NCBI GenBank assembly: GCA_963575745.1
Contig: CAUYUJ010000257.1
Span: 62,001-116,232 of the forward strand
Direction of reading: 5' to 3'
From: Prorocentrum cordatum
Taxonomy: Eukaryota
DNA: 54,232 nt
Part shown: positions 40,310 to 52,256 of the stretch, piece by piece
Position numbering within the stretch: the stretch's first letter is position 1
How the letters are laid out: each line of letters starts with the position of its first letter
The notes under the pieces: model-generated
Told to the model about the DNA's origin: nothing
Database searches by the model: none
What the model saw: only the letters and a program-made list of their open reading frames with translations
Program-made: the position numbers and the translations under genes

Positions 40310-41192
40310 TTGCCCCCTCCGTCTGAGGAAGAGCGACCACATACCGAATCGCCTGACTCAGCCGAGTACTTGAGCACGACCTGGCCCGAGAGCATTTCGT
40401 ACTTGCCCTCTGCGGAGCCTGAGCGGAGGTCCAAGAGCTCCTTCTCCGCCTGCAGAATCGCCTGCTGGGCGACCTGCTTGACGTAGTCGTCGTACGGCAG
40501 CTCGTACGGCTTGTTGGCGAAGCTCACCAGCTCCTTCTGGTTGACTCCTCCGCCCTCTGGGGCTCCACCTCGGTCTGCACCACGTCGTCCTCCTTGGCGC
40601 ACGACACGAAGGAGGTGTCAGTGCTGTCCATGGCCGCCTTGAGCACGTGGATTTCCTGCTGCATCTGCTGGAGCGTCCGCTCCAGGGCCGCGAGGTTCGC
40701 ATCATTGTTCGCCTCCAGCTTCTGTTTCTGCTTGGCGTTCTCCCCGCACTTGTGGGAGTCCACGTCCGAGGCCTGGTCGGAGAGCAACTCGCTGATGGTG
40801 TCCTCCAGGCCAACATCAGGATGTGCTCCGACGTCCCGAGCCTTGCTGAGCCAGCCTAGGCGCGCCGCAGCTGCAGCACCCTCGGGTCCGCGAAGCCGGA
40901 GCGCCGCCTCGACCACAGAGATGGTCGGCTTGTCCTTGAGCCCCATGGCCTTCTTGGCGACATTCATGGCCTTCTCCAGTCCAGCCAACGCGCAGGCATC
41001 CTGAGGGGCAACCTCCACGGCAGCGTCACCCGCCTGCTTCGCACCAAGGGCGACTCCACGGGCCACCGCCGTGAGTGCCGCCGTCACCTGGCGCGTCGAC
41101 TCTTCTCCTGCCGCTAGCACCGCAATCGTGGCTCCGAAGGAAGCCTTGGCCACGGGGTGCAACTCCAGAAAGCGTGCCGCATCCACTGCCAT
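40310..41192 (-). pseudogene. Intronless SL-tagged retrocopy encoding a helical/coiled-coil protein with an RxxxxH motif; apparent frameshift near 40545
   Basis: ATG at 41192 lies 75 nt downstream of an SL relic. The ORF runs to 40524 and coding-like sequence continues in another frame (NQKELVSFANKPYELPYDDYVKQ...) until simple repeats. Confidence 0.7.
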
Positions 41193-41267
41193 GCGAGAAG
41201 GGGGTAACAGTATGCAGATGTGCTCACTAACACGGGTGAGAAGCTGAGCCAGCTCAGCGCCCAAAGG

Positions 41268-41287
41268 CTTAAGCCAAAATGGCTACG
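41268..41287 (-). other. Dinoflagellate spliced-leader relic
   Basis: Minus strand CGTAGCCATTTTGGCTTAAG versus DinoSL DCCGTAGCCATTTTGGCTCAAG: one mismatch in 20 nt. Confidence 0.92.
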
Positions 41288-41303
41288 CAGGATCTGGATT
41301 GGG

Positions 41304-41732
41304 CTGATGATGATGCTGCTGATGATGATAATGATGATTATGATCATGATCATGATGATAATGATGATGCTGGTGATGATGAGGATGATGGTGATGACGA
41401 TGACGAGGATGATAATGATGATACTGCTGCTGCTGCTGATGATGATGCTGATGCTGCTGATGATGATGCTGATGATGCTGATGATTACTATGATGATGAT
41501 GATGATGATGATGATGACGACGATGATGATGATGATGATGATGGTGATGATGCTGATGTTGATGCTGATGCTGATGCTGCTGCTGCTGATTATGATGATG
41601 ATGATTATGATGATGATGATGATGATGACGCTGATGCTGCTGCTGCTGATAATGCTGCTGCTGATGCTGATGCTGATGCTGATGCTGATGATGATGATGA
41701 TGATGATGATGATAATGATGATGCTGATGATG

Positions 41733-41764
<32 letters not shown>

Positions 41765-41940
41765 GGTGATGGTGATGATGATGCTGATGCTGCTGCTGAT
41801 GATGATGCTGCTGATGATGATGCTGATGATGATGATGAGAAGGAAGGAGGAGGAGGAGCAGGAGGAGGAGGAGGAAGAGAAGGAGAAGGAGGAGGAGGAG
41901 GAGGAGGAGGAGGAGGAGGAGGAGGAGAGAGGAGGAGGAG
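41304..41940. repeat. (GAT/GCT)n then (GGA)n microsatellite
   Basis: Directly visible. Confidence 0.95.
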
Positions 41941-42610
41941 GATGAGGCGATCGTTGGGCACAGGAGGTGCTGCCGCGGCCCATCGTCGAGAAGATGAGGA
42001 AGCGGGGACGCTTCCATCAGGTGGGGGGGGCGCCCGGCCCTCGTCGTCGTCGCCGGAGGAGAACAAAGAGCTTCTGCTGTGCTTCTGTCGTTCGGTCGTT
42101 CCTCCTCTCCTCTCTTACCTCTCTGTTTTCTTCCTCACTCCAGCAGCGCCCCTTGGGCGAGGTACCTCGAGGGCGCCACCTGCCACCGGGATAACCGTCC
42201 GCAGCTGGAAGCTCGAAGGAGGATGAAGCGGAGGCGTGCGACGAGGAGGCGTGCGACAAGGGGGCGACGAGGGGGCGTGCGACGAAGGGGGATTCTGTCC
42301 ATTCGCCATTCATGTTTCCTCTTGCCTCTTTCTCCTCCTCCTGTTCCTCCTGTGGCTGGTGCTTTTTCCCCCACATCCAAAGTGGGGTTCTTGTTTTCTC
42401 TGCACACCCCGCGCAGGAACACTCACCCCACCACCTCTCCTCTTCTGCCTTCGCACACTCACTCACTCACTCATCATCATCACCACTCACTCACACTCAC
42501 ACTCACTCACACTCTCTCATCATCAACATCAGCATCATCACTCGCGCTCTCTCACACGCTCATCTTCACCACCACTCATCATCCTCATCGTCATCATCGT
42601 TGAGTAAAGT

Positions 42611-43662
42611 GTGAGGAAGTCTCAGGCGGGAGCCCCCTCCCTATGGGGCCCGCAGATCATGTTGGTAATCCGAGCGGGTCATCGGAACCCTGTAACTGTC
42701 GTCACTTTTGGGCTCCCCAGGCCTGAAAATGGAGGAAGTCTCAGGCGGGAGCCTCGTCTGTGAGTGAATTGGGAGGAAGTCTCAGGCGGGAGCTCCCTCC
42801 CTATGGGGCCCGCAGATCATGTTGGTAATCCGAGCGGTCATCGGAACCCTGTAACTGTCGTCACTTTTGGGCTCCTCAAGCCTGAATATGAAGGAAGTCT
42901 CAGGCGGGAGCCTCGTCTGTGAGTGAATTCTGAGGAAGGCTCAAGCGGGAGCCCCCTCCCTATGGGGCCCGCAGATCATGTTGGTAATCCGAGCGGGTCA
43001 TCGGAACCCTGTAACTGTCGTCACTTTTGGGCTCGTCAAGCCTGAATTTGGAGGAAGTCTCTGGCGGGAGCCTCGTCTTTGAGTGAATTGTGAAGAAGTC
43101 TCAGGCGGGAGCCCCCTCCCTATGGGGCCCGCAGATCATGTTGGTAATCCGAGCGGGTCATCGGAACCCTGTAACTGTCGTCACTTTTGGGCTCCTCAAG
43201 CCTGAATATGGAGGAAGTCTCAGGCGGGAGCCTCGTCTGTGAGTGAACTGCGAGGAAGTCTCAGGCGGGAGCCCCCTCCCTATGGGGCCCGCAGATCATG
43301 TTGGTAATCCGAGCGGGTCATCGGAACCCTGTAACTGTCGTCACTTTTGGGCTCGTCAAGCCTGAATTTGGAGGAAGTCTCAGGCGGGAGCCTCGTCTTT
43401 GAGTGAATTGTGAAGAAGTCTCAGGCGGGAGCCCCCTCCCTATGGGGCCCGCAGATCATGTTGGTAATCCGAGCGGGTCATCGGAACCCTGTAACTGTCG
43501 TCACTTTTGGGCTCCTCAAGCCTGAATATGGAGGAAGTCTCAGGCGGGAGCCTCGTCTGTGAGTGAACTGCGAGGAAGTCTCAGGCGGGAGCCCCCTCCC
43601 TATGGGGCCCGCAGATCATGTTGGTAATCCGAGCAGGTCATCCAAAACCTGTAACTGTCGTC
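42611..43662 (+). repeat. 160-bp tandem array, about 6.5 near-identical units
   Basis: GAGGAAGTCTCAGGCGGGAGC occurs twice per unit; identical text at 43081 and 43401 (320 bp apart). Confidence 0.97.
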
Positions 43663-43759
43663 AATGTTGGGTTCTCGCGCTGCCAGAACGCAGTTCCCAG
43701 GCCACACTTTGGATGCAACAAGGAAGTTTTTGGGCTCCTCAGGTCGCCGAGGTGCTGCG

Positions 43760-44225
43760 ACAGGGCGCCGAAGGCGCCGACGACGACGGCCAGGCCGAGG
43801 CGCGGGCGCGGAGCTTGCTGATGTTCAGGCCCAGCGAAAGGGAGTTCACATGGCAGAGCTCGGGGGCGCACAGCGTGCGCCGCTCGGGGTTCACCCTGAC
43901 GCACGCGTCCTACCTGACCTCCACGCTGTCGCAGGGCCAGACGCTGCGCAAGGGCGTCACCATCGACTGCGCGAGAGACGAGGACGCTGGCCGCACGGGC
44001 ATGTCGGACGAGCAGTGGTGGCTGCACCTCTACGTCATGTTCTCCCGCGCCACGTGCATGCGGAACATGCTGATCCTGCGGCCGCCGCCGCGAGAGTTCC
44101 TGGAGTGCGGGCCGCCGGCGTCCCTGCGGAAGGCGCTCCTGGAGTTCGACAAGAGAACGGTTTTGTCCAGGGCGGAGGCGAAGCAGCTCGCGGCAGAGCT
44201 GGGCTTCGTGCTGCCTTCCGCCTGA
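43760..44225 (+). pseudogene. C-terminal fragment of a Pif1/SF1B helicase, probably Helitron-derived
   Basis: LTHASYLTSTLSQGQTLRKGVTIDC and LYVMFSRAT match the Pif1-family SQGxTL and YVxxSR motifs; N-terminus is replaced by the 160-bp array. Confidence 0.8.
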
Positions 44226-45060
44226 GCGCGGCTGCGCCTCGCTCGAAGCCCGCGGGGTTGTCCCAACGGCTTGGTCTTGCGCGCCAGCGGCTCGCGGGGT
44301 TGCCCCGACAGCCTGGCCCGCGGGGTTGTCCCAACGGCTGCGCGACGTGACCTGTAGAGAACGCGCCTGTGCTGGCCGTGGCGGCGACGGCGCCGAGGAA
44401 CATCGACATGCGCGCTCATGCAACAGGAAGGGGAGGAGGTGGCGGGGCGCGGAACAAACAGGGGGGCGAGGATGGGGACAACGTAAGGAGTGGAAGGGGG
44501 GCCCGCGCCAAGGCGAGAGGAAATATACGCAGAAGAGACAGCCAGGACGCCTCACCAACCACGAGGACGACGGTGATGGCTTTTTCCAGATTCGCCCAGA
44601 GGATTCTTATGTGGGGTTCTTCCGTCGGAGTAATTTACTTCTGGCTCGGGCCAGGGTTTAAGCAGCCGCTGTGCATGACAGCCGTTTGTGGCCACCACGC
44701 TGCCCGCTATCCCCCCTCGTCCTCTTTATCCTCCTCCTCCGCCTCCCTCTGCAGGGGCTTGCGGCCTGAGTTGGGGACACCTTCGCAGACCGACCTTATT
44801 ACGTACAGTCAACCCGCATAGTAAGGATGATCGACTTCCCAAGGGGACCCTTGCAGCCTTCCCCTTCGGCCCATCCTTGGCCGCTTTCGCTGGCCGCGCC
44901 CCGCTCGAAGAGTGTCGGCATGGCCTTCCAAGGCCCTTGCATCCTTATCGTGCGTCCTTATTCTACGGAGCTGGCATGCTGTTCGTCGACTGTCATTTCC
45001 GCTCCACTCCTCCCTCCCCGATACAAAAGGAGAGGCGGGATCAGGATCACTGACCTCGAA

Positions 45061-45632
45061 TCAGCATCGTTCAACCGATCCCTATCCCCATCACCATCCC
45101 TATCCAGACCCCCACCATCTCAAGCTCCCCTTTTGGGCATATGCCCCCCGAATCCCGAACGAAACAGCCTATATTATATCCCCATCTGCGCGGGTAAACC
45201 GGCCAGTGGGGCCCAGGCGACGCCCATACAGGGTCCGGCTTGAATAAGGAACACTCACTTTTCAAAAGGGGCTCGGTCGTTCCTTGGGTCTGCATGCGTT
45301 CCGCTAAACTTTTGGCGGCGGGCCCCGCTGGTGTTCCTTCGGGCTTCGTAGACCTACTTGGACAAAACCGGGCTTCGTTCTTTTTTTATCGTTCCTTAGG
45401 TGAGGCCCATTGGGATGGGGTCCAGGCCACGCCCATGGGGATGGGGTTACGTCGGGCCTGTCCCTCTACAAGAGGAATTTGCAAACATAATCAAATAATA
45501 GTCAGGGGACATTTTTTGCCAATTTTTGAGTAGGTTTTGAGTGTGTTTGGGGTATTGTTTTTTCTTGTCGAAAATCCAACCTGCAGGGGGACAGGCCCGA
45601 CTTGAGGATGGGGGCCGGTGAAGCGATGCTCA
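45061..45632 (+). mobile_element. Intergenic copy of the intron-12 TIR element with nested inserts, including MITE B at 45447-45605
   Basis: TIRs TCAGCATCGTTCAACCGATCCC / GGGGCCGGTGAAGCGATGCTCA. Confidence 0.7.
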
Positions 45633-46406
45633 TCGAGGGGGGGCCTCCCTCGCCAGAGTCGGCAGGCGGAGCGGGAAAAGGCCCAGCCCAGAGGAAGGCA
45701 AGTGCTTGTCGAGAGGTAAAAAACACACAGACACACTGAATCGACGATTCCCCCAGAAAATGTGGAAACAGATGGGCAGTGGGGGGGGGGAAGACAGAAG
45801 CCCATACAATATGCGAAAGCATGGGGCATCCTGTTGTTTGTGTCTATTCATTTGTGTGTCCCTGGGCCCCTTCAGTTTAGTGGGGTCCAGCTCAAGGGAG
45901 GAGTGTGCTCACGGGGCTGCGCCGAAGGCGATTGTCCCCGGCCCGAACGCCGCCAGGGGGGGAGGAGGAGGAGGAGGAGAAGGAGGAGGAGGAGGAGGAG
46001 GAGGAGGAGGAGGTGCTGGATTGTATTACTTAGGTTTGAACCCTGATGGAAGGCACAGGGCCCGGCTCCTTCGCCGTGCAAGTCTGTACTTACATGGGCT
46101 TCCCCGTTGACGGACGACGGCCCTCCCACAAGCGCGTCAGCCGTTACCATTGGCCGTCCGAGCTCTGGCAGGCCTGCAGCCCTCCTTCACAAGGTTCGTC
46201 CACCTACACTGCGCGTAGGAAGAGCAACGCCTGCAAAATGCACACGTGGATCGCGACGCGAGCTGGTGTCCCAGCCCTCCTGCCTTGGTGATGCGGGCCT
46301 GGCGAGCATCGAATCCAACAGACTCTGCGCCCGACGGCCCGCTCGGAGTCCGAGGAGGGGCCTGGTTCTCTCGACGTTTCCTGGGGCTCACACACGTGGG
46401 AAGGGG

Positions 46407-46556
46407 TTAACTCGGGCCTGTCCCTCTACAGGAGGACTGCTCCCGAAGAGTAGAAAAATAGTTGGGGGACTATGTTTGGGCATTTTTTCTTGTATTTTTG
46501 GACCATGTTTCAGTCTTCCTCCAAAGTCCGCCTGTAGGGGGACATGCCCGACCTAA
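46407..46556. mobile_element. MITE family B copy
   Basis: TCGGGCCTGTCCCTCTACAGG ... CCTGTAGGGGGACATGCCCGA with TTA/TAA flanks. Confidence 0.8.
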
Positions 46557-47200
46557 GGGAGGGGGAGGCATCAGAGGAGGAGCAGGGCCCGGCTCGGCGG
46601 CCGCGCTCGGGGCTGTTCCTTTGGTGCTTCTCGGTTCGACGTCGGCGACGGTTTTCGACGACCTCGGACGACACAGCTCCCAGCCTGACAGCAAACTCGA
46701 AAGCATCAGCTGCCACGTATTACTGCTGCTTATAGGCCCGACGCGGCCAGAATGGGCGCTCACACAACTTCGCTCCTTGCTTCGCGCATTCGTCCGCGAA
46801 GCGGTTGCCTTTGAACAATCTTTCGCCGATCTCGTGCCGCTGGGCGCGCGTGGCGTGGGCTTTCATCTTGACTACCTGGATGGTCCTGGGCTCCAGTCCT
46901 CCGAGCTCGCTGACCAGAAACCAAAACCCCCGCCAGAGATCGCCGTGGACCCTGGCTGGGGACGAGCACCACTCTTCACCCCCGGAAGTCCCGTCTACGA
47001 CCACCTGACAGTCACGGTAAAGTTGTGAGGGGTGGCGCCGCACACCGCAGCACCTGCAGGATGGCATCGAGAGCTCTGCTGGGCAGATCCCCTTGCCGGA
47101 GCCGGGGCAGGGGGAGCGGACCGGAAGCGGACACCTCGAGACTTCTTCCGACGCACCAAGGGCGGCAAAGTTCCATCCTGCACGCCCGAGGGGAACAAAT

Positions 47201-48118
47201 TGTCTACGCTTCGCGAATCCCCACCAGCTATTGTCGTCTTCTTCTGTTGTCTTCGTTCGCTCCCACCTCTCTCCCGCGTTGCCGCTGCGCGTCGCCTGTT
47301 AATTTTGTCACCTTGTGGCCTTCTTTTCCAGCGTCTAGCCGGCGGCAGTTGCGCTGTGTTTGCGGCTCTTGCTTGTTGTCCGACCCTTCTGACGCCGCGC
47401 GGGTGCCCGCCTGCGGTCGCGATCAAAAAAAGATCTTCGCCAGCCCACCCTAAAGCAGCCAGTCTAGGGAAGTGTACCGTCTATCCAGAGACGATGCCCA
47501 GAGGATGTGCCTTGATCAGGGAAGTGGGCAGCACACAGTGGAAGGGCCCCTCCTTGGAGCGCTCTTGGGACACTCTTGGGCGCTCTTGGGGCTGTCTTCG
47601 GGCTCTCTTGGGCCTCTCTTGCGCCTTGGGGTCCTCTTGGCGGTCCCGGGGGCCTCTTGGAGCGTCTCGGGGAGCCTCTTGGGGCTTCTTGGGGGCCTCT
47701 TGGGAGCCTCTTAGAGGCCTATTGGGGCCTCCTGGGCGCCTCTTGGGGCCCTCTTGAGGCGCTCTTGGGAGCTTTGGGAGCGCTCTTGAGGCCATCTTGG
47801 AGGCCACGGCTCGAAAAGAAACCCGGCGTCAATTACCCCCCCCGCCCACATGGCAAAAAGAGGCCAAAACCTGAGTGCAACCGATGATTGTGGCTTTCTC
47901 GCCCAGGCCGTTTTGGACGCTCTAACGACCCGCGCCCCCCCCGTTGCAGGCCCAGGCGTGGGGGGTGGGGTAGGGGGAGGGACAAGACCCCCTCCCCGCC
48001 CGCAAGCCGTCTCGCTCACTCCCACCCGCCCTCCCAACACATACGTAGCACCCGAGTTTGGCCCGAACTTCAGCATATTCAGCAGCCGTTTTTGGATGGG
48101 CAACTAGTGGGGGCCAAT

Positions 48119-48151
<33 letters not shown>

Positions 48152-48655
48152 TTGCCCCCGCGCCGCCGCCGCCTCGCCGCCGCTCTGCCGCCGCCGCCGC
48201 GCCGCTGCCGCCGCCGCCAGCCGCCGCGCCCCCGCCGCCGCCGCCGCCGCCCCGCCATCCCCCGCTGCCAAACCGCCGCCGCCGGCCGCAGCCGCTTAGA
48301 AAAGCCACCGCCGCCGCCTCGCCGCCGCCGCGCCGCCGCAAGCAGCCGCCGCCGCCGCCAAGTGTACTCGGTTTTTTTTGACATGGATGGTGGGGGGGGG
48401 GGGGGCGCATCGGGTTGGCTGCGCATGTTCCAAATTTGGAGGCAGACTGTGCTCTGTATTGGTTTTTACAAGGGATGGTGGGGGGGGGGTCGCCATGGTC
48501 CCTGGTTGGCCCCCGGTCGCCTGGGGGAGGGGGTGTTTATTAATAGGGAGCAATGATTAAACTTCCACCGAAGGGGAATAGGGGGGTTGGACAAAGGGGG
48601 CTCTCGAAACCACTCGCGCCCCAAAGGGTTGGTGGGATTCGCCGTGCAAGAAAGA
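47201..48655 (+). mobile_element. TIR element family D, second copy
   Basis: Same termini, subterminal GGGGGCTCTC.AAACCACTC.CGCCC.AAAGGG block and GGGGCCTCTT repeats as 27201-28395. Confidence 0.7.
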
Positions 48656-51600
48656 TCCGTCCGTGAAAACCCTCTCCTGGGACAACTCCTGGGTGTTCGC
48701 CTTCCCGCCGAACCTCTCCAACGAGACTGGCAGAACAGCCAGGAGTTCGATGGGAGCCTCGGCGACCCCCCGGGCCCAGAGGAAGTCAACAAAAAACCCG
48801 GGTGTGGGGGCTCGCTCATCGCTGCTGCACATGCTTGTTGTACTGCCTGCCGCGCACACGCCCGCGCTGCTCATCACTGCGCGCGCGCGCTGCACCCGCA
48901 CGTGCGGTGCAGGGCTGTTCCAGCAGCACTCTTGCACGCCTGGGACAGATGGGTTGTTGCCCGACCTGCCTTTCATTTTCTCTGCCCGACCTGCTCACCG
49001 CGCGCGTAGCATTCATACACTTGCACGCCTGGCACCGACGGGTTGTTGCCCGACCTGCCTTAGCATTTTCTCTGCTTTGGCCGCGCGCCTCCTGCGAACA
49101 GGGTCCCAGCACGCGTGCAGTGCTCGGCAGTGCGCTCCTCTGTCAGGGGGCCTGCGAGAGGCAGCATACGAATCGGTTCAAGGAAGACCTGCCTCGTCAC
49201 ACCGGCCTCGGGGCCCCACCGCGCAAGCCGGCCATTCCGAAGCCCAGAGTGTGTGGCCTCACGGGCGAGGGAACACAGACAATTGCAAGTCTATCCGAGA
49301 CAGATCGTGCACCTCGGTCCCGTAGGTGACGGACGCAGGGCTCCGGGTGCCCCCGCCGAGGCGCGCCACCACGGCCACGAGCGCGCCTGCAGGTCCTCTC
49401 GCAAGGCCCCACCGCCTCGGCTGCCCGTGCGGCCTCGGATGCCCACGAGCGCCAGACCGCCACCGGGCGGTCGCGCGTCGCCATGTCCGCCGCCTCGTGC
49501 CCCGCCGTGGCCGCGCTCCACGAGGGGCCTCGCAGGGGCGAGCACGGCGGGGTCGGCGCCCTCCGCTAGCAGCGCCAGCGCGGCCGACCTCCCCTTGCTG
49601 CATCCTGGGGAAGCCGCCGCCACCGCCTGCCGCAGCCTGGTGATCGGCGTGTCGGGAGCGCCGAGCTGCCTCTCCGCGCTGCCGTGGGAGGCCGCGACGG
49701 CAGTCTTGCCGTCCGTGCCCCTCGAGGCCTGCAGCTTGAGCAGCGGCTCGAAGGCATGGGTGATCTCGTCGGTCAGCTTCCCGTGGATCGCCACCACGCC
49801 TGCGCCGCCGCCTCTGGGCGACGCTGCAAGGTCGTCGAAGTAGAGGCACGTGTCTGCTCTCGGTTTGGCGACGTAGAGGTCGTCGATCGCACCGATGAGG
49901 ACGAGGGACAGGCACAGCGCCCCAAACACGGATCCTGCCACGATCCCTTGCGCCCCCCCTTCGGTGTAGCACCCGTTGCGGACTGCCCTTCTCATGCGAG
50001 AGAACGTTCGCAGGATGAACCCGAGCAACGGCTTTGGGAATCTCCAGGGTATGCCACCTTTCCAAGTCAGAGAATGCAACACCGTCTCGTAGCGCTTCCG
50101 CAGGTCGTAATACGTCGCGGCGATGGCCTCGCCCTGTGCCAAGGACTCCTCTGCCATGAGACCCTGCATCCAGGCCGCGCGTTCAGCGGACCTGCCCTTC
50201 ACTGCCCAATCATAGGCACGTGGCTCCCTACGCTGCCACCTCTGGACCTCGGGGCGCCTGATCTTCTTCTTCGCACTCGTGCCAACTCTGGAAGAAGCCC
50301 CACGTTTCGCATGCCTCCCTTGGGCTTGGGCTGCAGCCAGAACATGATGCACAGAGCCGCGCTCGATACCGCTCAAGATGCCTGCCAGGCTGGCCAGGCC
50401 CGCCGCGGGCCCCGGGGCCCACAGCCTGGGGCGGATGTTGGACTCGCCCAGGCCCGTCTTCGGTGAGAAAGCCTTGCAGGCGTGAAGCACGTGGTGGCCG
50501 AGGCTGGGGGGCAGCGTGGGCTTGTGCTCAGCTGGAACCTTGAACCCGGGCGCCTCCCAATCGACCTCGTGCTGCCAGATGCTCCCCCACTCCTGCAGCG
50601 CTGTGTCGGCGGCGGTCTGCGGGTCCATCAGGGCGACGTGTTTGGCCAGCGCGCCCGTAAGGACCTGACTCACCTCTCGCCGTGGAAGAACCCAGGCGAT
50701 CGCAGACCTGGATCAAGGGGGCGTGGATTAGCGACGGGTCCCGTTTCCAGTGGACATCGCGGACTCCCGCCGCCGAACGGGGCTTCACCGGCCTCATTTT
50801 GGGGAGGGCACCTCCCGATTTGACGACCGCGGCCGCCGGATCCACTGATCGCTAACCCATGTCCTGGCATCGCTCGGACGTGTGCATTTTTTCTCGGCGA
50901 GAACCATTGAGGACGATCCTGGACCATCGAGCGAGCAAAAAAAACGCGCACGAAACCGACAAATGCATGGGAAATGGACGTCCGAGCGATGGCGAGATGC
51001 TCGCGCGCCCCCGACGGTCGCCCCCCTCTCCACGGGCGGCTCCTTCGGGGGCATCCTGGGCTCCCGCGGGGCCTTCGGCCCGGCCCACCTCTGCAGGGCG
51101 CCCGCGGCCTCCTCGCCGTGGCCGCGCCCGCCGGCCCGCCGCAAGGCACGGCGGGCGCGCTCTCTCGGCTCGCTCGGCCTCTCCTCGTCCGCCTCGCCGG
51201 CCGCCGCCTGCTGCCAGTGCCGGAGGCGCTCCAGGCGCTCGGGCAGGCGGTGCGGCTCCCTGATGCAGTCCAGGATGGTGAGGATGGTGAGGGAGGGAGG
51301 GAGGGAGGGAGGGAGGGGAGGGAGGGAGGGAGGGAGGGAGGGGGGGAGGGAGTGAGGGAGGGTGGGAGGGATGGGGGGGAGGGAGGGAGGGAGGGAGGGT
51401 CTCAAAGACCCGTGCCCACGGCGTCTTCAGCTCCTCCGCATGCTGGCGCAGCGAGACGGAGGCCCACTCCTGGATCATCGCGTCCTCGATGGCCCTGCTG
51501 CGGGTCAGGTCCTGGCCGCTGGCCTGGCACGAGTCCTTGCTGACCATGTGGATCAGGTCTTGCGGCAGACTCGCCACCAACTCTGCTGCCATGGCTCGCA

Positions 51601-52053
51601 CCGCCGGGGCTCCCTTGTCCCTGACCGCTGGGGGGGCAAGCTCTCGCAGCTGGTCGACGGCCCTCCTTCCACGACGGCCCTCATCACCGTCCAAACAAAA
51701 GTATCGGTTCCAGTGCTTCTCGTATGCGTTCGTGAGCTCGAGCCAGAGCACATCGAGAGTCTCGTGATCGACGAGCTCCCGACGAAGAGGACGCGGCCAC
51801 TGGACAGGCTGTGTCGGGCAGCCCGATTGCACCGTCGAAGGCCAGGGCGCCCGCCGGGTCGGCTGGAGGGCCTTCGGCACGGGCGTGCGGCGGCCCAACT
51901 GCAGCATGATTGGCGTGTGGGGCTTCGCCGCGCACGCCGTCGTGACGGAAGCCTGGGGCCCGTTCTCCAGCAGGCTCTCGGCGACGATTTCTGCAGTGCC
52001 TGACGGAGTGGTTGCCCGCGCTTCTTCCCCTGCACGCGCCTTCGCTCCTGTCG

Positions 52054-52256
52054 TAGACCTGTGGAGGACGATCAATGGAGAGGAAGCATGCTGCCAAATA
52101 CTTTCCAGATGTCTAAAACATGTGTTAAACATGTTTCAAACATGTAAACAAGCATGATTAAAACATGTTTGGAACATTTTTTCGACATGTTAAACACATT
52201 TTAAATTCAATGATCGGACAGTTAGGGTGTCCTTTGCCGTGGCATCCACAAGTCTA
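52054..52256 (+). mobile_element. MITE family E (TA-flanked, Tc1/mariner-like) inserted in the LINE endonuclease
   Basis: TAGACCTGTGGA ... TCCACAAGTCTA; second copy at 13911-14112. Confidence 0.8.
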
